DNA of 64,000 nt from assembly GCA_004292955.1 (NCBI GenBank), contig RDXX01000023.1:7673-71672 (forward strand). The letters run 5' to 3'. The stretch comes from Oscillatoriales cyanobacterium. GTDB taxonomy: Bacteria; Cyanobacteriota; Cyanobacteriia; Cyanobacteriales; Microcoleaceae. Numbering within the stretch: position 1 is the first letter of the stretch; every line of letters begins with the position of its first letter. Below, in pieces: positions 1-8,942 of the stretch. A model generated the notes under the pieces. It had not been told where the DNA came from. It saw nothing but the letters and a program-made list of their open reading frames with translations, and made no database searches. Made by a program: the position numbers and the translations under genes.

Positions 1-601
1 CCCGATTTGTGGCATCGAGATAATCTACAATGGTGCGAACCAGCCTTTCGGTTTGCTGAAACAGATGGGCATTAACGACTCCCTGGGCGATGGGCCCAAC
101 TTCTATCGTGCAACCAAAAGCAGATAGCGATCGCAACATTGGCGAATCCTGACCATCCTCATCTCGGAAACAAACTCGAACTGAGCGATCGAGTTCGCTT
201 AAATAGGCTAATAATTGTAAATTGAATGGATGTTTGCTAGACGGTAAAATTGTCAGCCCCATGTTCGCCGTTGTGCTGTGGAGGTCGATAATGAAATCAG
301 CCCCGTTTTGGTCTTTAGGACATAGTTGGGCGGAGATTTCCTTAGCGCGTGTGTCCTCGTAACCCGTCAAGTCTGGGTTAGCCAAATCTGCGCGGCTAAA
401 GCAACGGTTCAAATCGCGATCGACATAACGCCGATTCAGCGCCACCGCTTTCGGGTTGGCTAATAAGGCAACTGTCTCAAAGGTCGATCGTTTCAGCAAG
501 TCTGGGAATTGTTGAAACTTCTTAATCAGGTAAACTCCTGTTAACTCATTTCCGTGGGTTCCTCCGACAACTGCAACTCGTCGAATTACGTGCGACAACA
601 T
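1..601 (-). CDS. Aspartoacylase (succinylglutamate desuccinylase/aspartoacylase family), 3' part runs off the window
   Basis: Not in ORF track. Manual translation from ATG at 601: MLSHVIRRVAVVGGTHGNELTG...RYVDRDLNRCF...IIDLHSTT...TIEVGP, the Zn-binding motifs of M14-like aspartoacylases. Confidence 0.9.
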   Translation of the reverse strand, partial: MLSHVIRRVAVVGGTHGNELTGVYLIKKFQQFPDLLKRSTFETVALLANPKAVALNRRYVDRDLNRCFSRADLANPDLTGYEDTRAKEISAQLCPKDQNGADFIIDLHSTTANMGLTILPSSKHPFNLQLLAYLSELDRSVRVCFRDEDGQDSPMLRSLSAFGCTIEVGPIAQGVVNAHLFQQTERLVRTIVDYLDATNR

Positions 602-671
602 AAATAATCCTCGTTTTGTGATAATTAAAATCGTAATTGCTCGCCAAATTTTCGGGTGCATCTGGCGCAAG

Positions 672-747
672 GAAGAGGGCGAAGCATGACCGCATATAAG
701 TTATTAGTTATCATCTCATATTGACTGCGGTCATGCTTCGCCCCTAC
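672..747. repeat. 76-bp REP-like inverted-repeat doublet (GGGCGAAGCATGACCGCA...TGCGGTCATGCTTCGCCCCTAC)
   Basis: Inverted repeat seen directly; near-identical copy at 20273-20348. Confidence 0.85.
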
Positions 748-883
748 GGATAAAACAAGTTATTATTATATGTCAAATACTTTTTTTAATATAAGAATAT
801 ACTCAAGAAGTATGGCAGTATCTACTCAATAACCGCTATAGTAATTATTCATTTCCAAGTTTAAAGTTTAACATCTAAAATCT

Positions 884-1831
884 ATGGAACTTCGCCATCT
901 CCGTTACTTCATTGCAGTGGCAGACGAACTGAGCTTTACCAATGCGGCAAAGCGATTGCACATTTCGCAACCGCCCCTAAGCAACCAAATTAAAGATTTG
1001 GAGACTGAATTGGGCGTGCAACTATTCGATCGCAAAAGTCACCCAATTGGGCTAACTCCAGCAGGACAGGCGTTTTTAGAAGAATCTCGTGCAACTCTGG
1101 CACTGTTAGAACAAGGGGTACATAAAACCCAGCGCATTCATCAAGGTGAATTGGGTCACTTGACGGTGAGTTTTACGAGTTCGATCGCGAATGGTGTCTT
1201 TCCAGAGATGCTGCGAACGTTTCGACAGCGATATCCAGAGGTAAAACTGATTTTACAGGAAGAAAATAGTGCTTTTCTAATTCAGAGATTGCGCGATCGC
1301 CAAACTGATATCATTTTTCTGTATCTCTACCACGAAATCTCGGAAGACAATGATTTAGAAACGATGTCTATCACGGAAGAACCACTTGTCGCCGTTTTAC
1401 CTAAAAACCATCCGCTGGCAGCCAAATCCCAAATTTCGCTTGCTGACGTAAAAAATGAAGAATTTGTCATGCCCCTGCATCAAGTTGTGGCGGGTTTGTC
1501 TGAACAAATTTACCATCTATGTTCGCAAGCAGGATTTGTGCCGAAAGTTGTTCAAACAGCCGTCTTTATGGTCACGATTTTGGGGTTGGTTGCAGGCGAA
1601 ACTGGTATTAGTATTCTGCCATCTCACGTCCAGAATCTTCAACGCAAAGGAGTGGTGTATCGTCCGATTCTGGAACAAACGACAACCACTAACTTAACTG
1701 CGGTTTGGCGGCAGAATGATTCATCGACTATTTTGCAGCAATTTCTGGAGATTATTAAAAGCCTCTCAATTTATCAGCCGGAAACATCGATTATTTCAGC
1801 GTCAGAATTAGAAGTAGAGTGTGTCAGCTAG
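884..1831 (+). CDS. LysR-family transcriptional regulator
   Basis: MELRHLRYFIAVADELSFTNAAKRLHISQPPLS helix-turn-helix plus substrate-binding domain; divergent from aspartoacylase. Confidence 0.95.
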   Translation: MELRHLRYFIAVADELSFTNAAKRLHISQPPLSNQIKDLETELGVQLFDRKSHPIGLTPAGQAFLEESRATLALLEQGVHKTQRIHQGELGHLTVSFTSSIANGVFPEMLRTFRQRYPEVKLILQEENSAFLIQRLRDRQTDIIFLYLYHEISEDNDLETMSITEEPLVAVLPKNHPLAAKSQISLADVKNEEFVMPLHQVVAGLSEQIYHLCSQAGFVPKVVQTAVFMVTILGLVAGETGISILPSHVQNLQRKGVVYRPILEQTTTTNLTAVWRQNDSSTILQQFLEIIKSLSIYQPETSIISASELEVECVS

Positions 1832-1852
1832 AGAGATTTTTGCGACAAACTG

Positions 1853-1958
1853 ATATCGTTTCCGGTTGCATAGGAATTATTATTAATCTCTCTATTCTCT
1901 CTCTGTGTCCTCTGCGCCCTCTGCGGTTAAATCATTCCCATACAACCGGAAACGATAT
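1853..1958. mobile_element. MITE with 25-bp terminal inverted repeats (ATATCGTTTCCGGTTGCATAGGAAT)
   Basis: TIRs match 23/25; related TIRs at 60027-60148 and 61817-61942. Confidence 0.75.
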
Positions 1959-1969
1959 GACAATCTAAA

Positions 1970-2252
1970 AACTGACGCACCACAGAATAAATGGTGCGTC
2001 AGAATGGGATTTTTTGTATGTGAGAATGCTCTTTCCTGACGCACCCTACGGCTAATTTTATCGCCCAAACAGGATAAAATCACTGCGCTCGATCGCACTA
2101 CCAGCCACTGTATTCGTAGAAGTAGGGTGTGTCAGAAGCGTGAGATTTTCGCGACCAATTCATCATCTCGGAACTGACACACCATTTATTCCATGGTGCG
2201 TCAGTTCCGAGATTGTCCGTGATGATTGAGATTAAACTGACGCACCCTACGG
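1970..2252. repeat. Cluster of GTAGGGTGCGTCAG-type REP-like doublets containing a 74-bp duplication
   Basis: Repeated GGTG(C/T)GTCAG...CTGAC(G/A)CACC(CTAC) pairs; 2036-2109 duplicates 2237-2310. Confidence 0.75.
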
Positions 2253-3399
2253 CTAGTTCGATCGCCCAAACAGGATAAAATCACTGCGATCGATCGCACT
2301 ACCAGCCACTTTATTGACCGTAGCCAACAGTTGACCGTTCTGAGAAATCGCGATCGCACCTGCATTAGGGCTTTGGGTAATAGTGAGTTGAGCAAAAGTT
2401 AAACCGCCCGCTAACACTAGCAAATCTTCACCTTTAGTGAAATCAGCAATGACATCGCTGCCTTCACCTGCGGTTAAAATAAAGCGATCGCGCCCAATGC
2501 CACCACTGAGAATATCGTTACCTAAACCCCCAGTCAAAGTATCATCACCCTTACCGCCGTACAGAGTATCATTGCCCTCATCACCGCAGAGGTTGTCATT
2601 ACCGCCGTTACCAAACAGCAAATCGTTACCCGCACCGCCACAGAGGGAATCTGGAGATCCGTTTAAGTCGTGAAGCGTAGCTATCCCGTAGGGAATCGCG
2701 CGATCGCCGAAAATAGTATCGTCCCCATCGGCGCCGCAAATGCTGTCGCTGCCGCGATCGCCCAACAGCAGATCGTTGCCCGTACCCCCCACCAGAACGT
2801 CATCGCCCTTGCCGCCGTTCAGCGTATCGTTGCCCTCTCCACCGCTGAGAGTATCCGCAGCATCTCCCCCATTCAAGAAGTCATTGCCAGCACCGCCAAA
2901 CAGCAAATCCTGTCCGTTTGAGTCAGGGCTAGACGGGTCAAAACTGCCTCCAAACAAGCAGTCGTTACCCTCAGCCCCCACCAGAGTGTCGTTTCCCTTG
3001 TCACCCCAAATCAAGTCATCGTCTTTGCCACCGATCGCCACATCATCGCCTTTACCACCGAAAATGAGATCGTCGCCGGCACTTCCGTTGAGGTAATCAT
3101 TACCTCTGCCGCCAAATAACAAGTCTTTGTCTGCATTCGGGCCAAGAGGGATATTGCTGGGCTGCCCACCATAAATATTGTCGTTACCGTTTCCGCCCAG
3201 CAGAATGTCGTTCCCGTTGAAACCGTTGATAGCGTCGTTGAGATTGCTACCGATGAGGAAATCGTTGCCCTCAGTGCCGTTGAAAGTGCGATCGACTGAA
3301 TTCGGCCCTGGAATTGAATCGATCGCAGGTAAGGTAATTTCGTCGCAAGTGCGATCGTCGGCATTACCGCCACCAATGCTGTCAGAGTCAACAGGATTT

Positions 3400-3801
3400 G
3401 GAGTCGGAGTCGGAGTTGTCGCCGGAGTTGGACTTTCCGCCGGAGTTGGACTTTCCGCCGGAGTTGTTACCGGAGTCGGAGTTGTTACCGGAGTCGGAGT
3501 TGTTACCGGAGTCGGAGTTGTTACCGGAGTTGGAGTTGTTACCGGAGTTGGACTTTCCGTCGGAGTTGGAGTTGTTACCGGAGTTGGAGTCGGAGTTGTC
3601 GCCGGAGTTGGAGTTGTCGCCGGAGTTGGAGTTGTCGCCGGAGTTGGAGTTGTCGCCGGAGTTGGAGTTGTTACCGGAGTCGGAGTTGTTACCGGAGTCG
3701 GAGTTGTTACCGGAGTCGGAGTTGTTACCGGAGTCGGAGTTGTTACCGGAGTCGGAGTTGTTTGTTACCGGAGTTGGAGTTGTTACCGGAGTTGGAGTTG
3801 G
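3400..3801. repeat. Intragenic 18-bp tandem repeat (GGAGTTGTTACCGGAGT[C/T]) encoding a TPVTTP linker
   Basis: About 20 units seen; 4-bp insertion near 3760. Confidence 0.95.
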
Positions 3802-4472
3802 AGAGTTATTGACAACAATGCTGGCTGTGACGATCGCAGAATCAGCTTTTCCGTCATTAGCTTTGTAGGTAAAAGAATCTGTCCCTGCAAAACCAGCATT
3901 CGGAGTGTAACTGAAGGAACCGTTAGCGTTGAGGGCGATCGCACCTTTAGCCGGATTTGCCACCAAAATCGCAGTCAACGGATCGTTTTCCGGGTCTGTA
4001 TCGTTAATTAAGACTCCCAACCCTGCCACGTTGAGAGGAGTATTAAAAGGAGTTGTATAGTTGTCAGCATTCGCGACAGGCGGGTTATTGTTGACGTTTA
4101 CAGTCACGGTAGCTGGTACAGAACTAACTATGCCGTCGCTGACTGTGTAGGTAAATGTGTCTGTCCCAGTAAAGCCTGCCTTAGGAGTATAGGTGAAAGA
4201 ACCGTCTTTGCTGAGGGCGATCGACCCTTTCGTCGGGTTGGCCGCCAATGCAGCAGTCAGCGTGTCCAAGTCCGCGTCGGAATCGTTGGCTAAAACTCCC
4301 GGCAATATTTCGCTGAGGGCTTTTCCCGCACTGGTGCTATAGGTGTCGGGATTGGCTGTTGGCACACTGTTAGTAACGTTGATATTCACCGTGGCGGGGA
4401 CAGTTGCAGCGCCATCGCTAGCGCTATAAATGAAAGTATCAACTCCGACAAATCCGGGGCTGGGAGTGTAAA

Positions 4473-4812
4473 TGAAGTCACCCTTGGGATTGAGTACGAG
4501 TTTACCTTTAGTCGGTTGTGTGACAACAGCAGCAGTCAACGTGTCGAAAATGTCGGGGTCGAAGTCATTGATCGACTTTGTATGTGTCGGGAATAGCGAT
4601 CGGCAGACTGTTCGTAACATCAATACTCACCGTACTGGGGACAGTCGCAGCCCCATCGCTAACGCTGTAAGTGAAAGTATCAATTCCAACAAAGCCAGGG
4701 TTAGGAGTGTAAGTGAAGTCACCCTTGGGATTGAGTACGAGTTTACCTTTAGTCGGTTGTGTGACAACAGCAGCAGTCAACGTGTCGAAAATGTCGGGGT
4801 CGAAGTCATTGA
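4473..4812. repeat. Two identical 99-bp direct repeats (4473-4571 and 4714-4812), period 241 bp
   Basis: Base-by-base comparison. Confidence 0.9.
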
Positions 4813-7246
4813 GTGTCGGGATTGGCGATCGGCGGACTGTTGGTAATATTAATTACAAATGTCTGGTTTGCCGAAGTATCGATGCCGCCGTTAGCTATAC
4901 CGCCGTTGTCTCTGAGGTTGAGAGTGATATTAGCCTTGCCAGTTCCACTTGTGGCGGGGGTAAAAGTCAGTTGTCCGAAAAAGCCGATCGCCGGTGGTAC
5001 GCTAAACAAACCGGGATTGTCATTTCCCACGACTTGAAAGTTGACGGTTTGTGTTGACTCGTTGACCGGCCCTGGAGAAATGGCTATGGCCCATCCAGGA
5101 AAGGTTTGCAGGCCAGCACTGTGATTGACAGTGCGATCGGGCCCTTTGACAAACGACGGTGCATCGTTGACAGGATTAACAGTAATTGTTGCAGTCTCGC
5201 TGGCCGTACTGAAAGCTGCTAAACCCCCAATACTGCTAGCAGTTGAAATATCAGCCGTCCCCCCATTCGTGAGGGTAGTACCGCTAGAGTTAGTCGTCGT
5301 TCCATCCCACGATTGATAGGTGATATTAGCACTACCGTTGTAGTCATTATTGGGAAGAAAGCGGATACTGGCATTGCCTGCTAGCAGTCTCGCTGCTGCT
5401 GTTGACGGTGTACCGAATGCCGTCCAAGTCGCACCGCTATCAATAGAATATTGCCAACTGCCGTTAGTATTGTCTGTCGCCGTCACAGCAATTCCTTGAG
5501 TGTCGGCGGTGTCGGGATCTGTAACTATTCCTGCAATTAAAACAGAAACTAAGGTGCCAGTGTTGCTGGCAGAAGGTACATCTTCGTTAATTGCTGTTAG
5601 TACCGGCGAACCGCTGTTGTTGAGTACGGGTGCGTTGTTGGCTGCAAACGCTGCGAATCTGGTGGGAAGGGCAAAATTGTTGTCGCTGACAAGAATTAGC
5701 GTTCGTTTCCCAGTTGCTGTTTGAGGAGGCCCAAATGTCATCCCTTCAAAATTGTCAACCAGTGCCGGAGTGCCTGTACTGAGGAAATAAGCAGAAGTGG
5801 CGATCGGAGTTTTCGATACTGGTGTAATGCTAGCAACACCAGAAGCAATCAAACCGGTATTGTTTTGAATGTCAGTCGCACCGTTTAAAGAAATTTGATA
5901 AAGCTTCAAATCCCCTGACGGCGGTGTTGTCGATAAGTCGAGAAAACGTTCGAGAACCAGCAGTGTATTATCATCAACGGCCAGCATTTCTGAAATGCCG
6001 TTGCGCGGATCGGTATTGTAAAGAAATTCTCCGTTTGCGGTGTTTGTACCTAAGTTATATCTGACAATTCGCGATCGCGCGCCAGCCGTTATATCTGAAG
6101 CAGGGCCGTCTTGTTCGAGAGCATTTTCTGTTGCTGTAAATAGAAAACTTTGACTGGGAGTAATCGTCAGACTTTCAAAACCTTGATTGTTGCGGATGCC
6201 GCTGTTAGGATCTGCTGATACGTCGTATTTGGGAGAAGCAATAGGCAGCGCGAAATTTTGAACTCCTGTTGCAATGGCGAAACTATTAATAAAAGGCTGG
6301 GTATTTGTGGAGAAATTGCCTTCAGAAGAGACGAAGACATTGCCGCCGATGAAGCCAATGCCCTCTGTATCCGATGTATCTGCGGCAAAGGGAGGCGGAT
6401 TGCCAATCTGTGTCACCCCTGTAAAATTCACTTGTCCTGGTACTGGTGTCAAGCTACCGGAACTCACAGTAGGTATAGTGAGGGTGTAAAAGCGAGATGG
6501 GCCGGGACTGCCACCAGGAATATTGCGGCCGTCGGAGATAGCGTAGTAAGTGTTGCTTCCCGCGTAGGTAAGGCCAGACAGTCCACCTACCTGAGTTGTT
6601 GGTGTTCCAAAAGTTGTATTTGCCGGAAATCCTGCTTGTCCCAAAAGTTGTAAGCCGAACACAAATTGGTAAGCGGCCATTGTGGCTGGGTCGATCGCCA
6701 TTCCAGCAACAATCCTTCCCGTTGTATAATCTAGTTCCCAGTCTCCGCCTAAAGCTGAATTGCCGATCGGCCCCCTGGAAGCAGCAATTTTTGCCTTTGT
6801 TAGCCGACTGATTTGCTGTACGAAACTAACGCCCGCATCATCCGCCGCCACATCGCACCCGTACAGCAAAATCTCTGCACTCTCTGCCAGCGATCGCGCC
6901 CAACGCTGCAATTTTTCACCATAAAAGTTTAAATTTGTCAAGTTTAGATCGATCGCGCCTAACTGCAAACTCGCGGGGCTGCCGTGGGAAATGATATGAA
7001 TACTGGTGATATTGCGGAGACTCGCTAGCGCTGCGGTGATTTGTGATACTCCATCCCGCGCCCGATCGAGGATAATTACTTTTGTCCCCGGTTTGATACC
7101 CTTGTGAAGAATTTGGATATCGGGTACGGCAGAGTCGAAAAAGGCGATCGAACTCATAACAGAATTGATAAAATTTGGCACAAAACACCTCTGGTTTGAT
7201 GACCGTCGATAACTTAAATATATGCCAAATATACCAAACTCAGATA

Positions 7247-8203
7247 TTAAATGTCATCCGTAAAATTTCGGGAATGTTGCTGCAACCAAGTCACCAAATC
7301 TGAAACACTTTCAAAATCAAACATCGCATCTCCTAAATTATCCAAATTCTCAAGATTCAACTCGCATATCTGCGTCTGAATGTCTGGAGAAATTTCACCA
7401 ATTAGCCTCCTCATATTCCGGACTATTAATTCTGACTTGCCTCGTTCCATGCCTCGTTCCATGCCTCGTTCCATGCCTCGTTCTAGAGCTTGCTGAGCCG
7501 CTAGATCGATCGCCCCTTGTTGATCTTGAATCCAAAACTCTTGTTTTTGCAATTCATCTAAGTCTTTTTGACTCAGATTCGTGTCGTTAGCAATCTGAAA
7601 AGCTCTTTCAATTTCTGGCACCGTAACCATTGTATCGGGAACAGTTTCTAGGTTACTGGTATTTTTGACAAAATAAATCCACTTGTCCGTCAGCGTTGTC
7701 AACTGATCCAATTCCTTTTTGAATTTTGGCAGTTCGATAAACACCAACTCAATCTCGCTATCGGGATAATCGAATAATCTTTGTGTTTCTTTGAAAGCAA
7801 ATCTCGAAATTACTTCCAATTGATTGGGAAACATTTCAAAGTCTGTGATATTCAAAGCAATTACTGGCCTGAGTCTTTGATAGCTATCGCTTAGATTTAA
7901 TTGCATTCCATAAGTTTTAGCAGCATTATATAAAACTCGCTTACGATATTTTGCCACGTTCAAAACTTGGATTGTGACAATCACAGTTTTGCCATCATTA
8001 ATTTTAGCTTTGACATCTAAATAAGTGTCTTTACTTCCAAAAATCTCAGCAGATAAATAAGGAGGGATGATTTCTAAATCTTCGATCGCAGATTCGCCTG
8101 CATAAAGCATAGCGTTCAAAAAACTCATCAAAATTTCTCGGCTTTCGTTAGAACAGAATATCTTCGTGAAGGCCAAATATAGTTTGGGATTGATAAAACC
8201 CAT
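7247..8203 (-). CDS. Rpn-family recombination-promoting nuclease/putative transposase with DUF4351-like C-terminus
   Basis: FINPK...AFTKIF, DVKAKINDGK, RVLYNAAKTYG, FIELPKF, KWIYFVK motifs; MERG repeats before the C-terminal domain. Confidence 0.9.
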   Translation of the reverse strand: MGFINPKLYLAFTKIFCSNESREILMSFLNAMLYAGESAIEDLEIIPPYLSAEIFGSKDTYLDVKAKINDGKTVIVTIQVLNVAKYRKRVLYNAAKTYGMQLNLSDSYQRLRPVIALNITDFEMFPNQLEVISRFAFKETQRLFDYPDSEIELVFIELPKFKKELDQLTTLTDKWIYFVKNTSNLETVPDTMVTVPEIERAFQIANDTNLSQKDLDELQKQEFWIQDQQGAIDLAAQQALERGMERGMERGMERGKSELIVRNMRRLIGEISPDIQTQICELNLENLDNLGDAMFDFESVSDLVTWLQQHSRNFTDDI

Positions 8204-8249
8204 AGTTTTTAGCGATCGAGGTTTTGTCTATCATTATAAACTACCAGAC

Positions 8250-8942
8250 TTAAGATTGACTACCTAACAGTTCTTCTGCTACCAATCCTTTCTGAATAGC
8301 GAGCACTGCTGCTTGAGTGCGATCGCGCACTTCTAACTTTTGCAAAATCGCGTGGACGTGCACCCGCACAGTCCCCGGAGCGATGTACAATATTTGTGCA
8401 ATCTCCTGATTGCTTTTCCCGCCCGCAACTAAGGCTAATATTTCCTGTTCCCTCGGAGTCAGCGGATTGTCTAAAACTTCCCATTTACTCGCGCTTTTGA
8501 CAGGTTCGGGATTACTAAAAACCGCCCGAATTTCCGCAGTTGCGGCCTTGTCCCACCAAGAAGCGCCCGCCGCTACCGATCGAATTGCCAAAACCAAAGT
8601 TTCTGCCGCAATTCCCTTGAGACAATATCCTTGGGCTCCCGCAGCCATCAACCTTTCAATTAACGTTTTTTGGGCGTGAGATGTTAAAATTAAAACCGGA
8701 ATTTCTGGATGTCTCTGTTTAATTTGGCGACAGGCTTCAATGCCACCAATTCCCGGCAAACCGACATCGAGAACTACCACATCCGGCAAGTGTTCCTGAG
8801 TCAATTCTACCGCCGTTTCGCCATCTTCCGCCTCGGCAATTATTTGCAAAGAACTTTCTTGCTGCAATCTGGTTTGCAGTCCCAACCGAAACAGTTCGTC
8901 GTCTTCAACTAAGAGAATTCGCAAGGGAGAATTAGGTTTCAT
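8250..8942 (-). CDS. NarL/LuxR-family response regulator (Rre19-like partner of the kdp cluster)
   Basis: Receiver LLVEDD...VVVLDVGLPG plus LTPREQEIL HTH; likely start MKPNSP at 8942 overlapping the kinase stop (ORF track starts at 8981). Confidence 0.9.
   Translation of the reverse strand: MKPNSPLRILLVEDDELFRLGLQTRLQQESSLQIIAEAEDGETAVELTQEHLPDVVVLDVGLPGIGGIEACRQIKQRHPEIPVLILTSHAQKTLIERLMAAGAQGYCLKGIAAETLVLAIRSVAAGASWWDKAATAEIRAVFSNPEPVKSASKWEVLDNPLTPREQEILALVAGGKSNQEIAQILYIAPGTVRVHVHAILQKLEVRDRTQAAVLAIQKGLVAEELLGSQS

Larger units (their letters stand above)
2253..7181 (-). pseudogene. Large RTX-type surface protein (DUF4347-like N-terminus, phytase-like esterase domain, cadherin/Ig-like repeats, Pro/Thr linker, Ca-binding GGxGxD repeats), split by three frameshifts
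   Basis: ORFs 4806..7181, 4565..4780, 3388..4623 and 2253..3122 are consecutive pieces. The last frame stays open upstream to about 3760 (TPVTTP...VDSDSIGGGNADD...GTEGNDFLIG). Confidence 0.8.

Noticed and set aside
3400-3801. Possible CRISPR array
   Set aside because: Contiguous tandem units without unique spacers; no cas genes in the window
3178-4011. Plus-strand ORFs 3178..4011 (VVTGVG) and 3398..3868 (PELE repeats)
   Set aside because: Antisense shadows of the stop-free 18-bp array in the RTX gene
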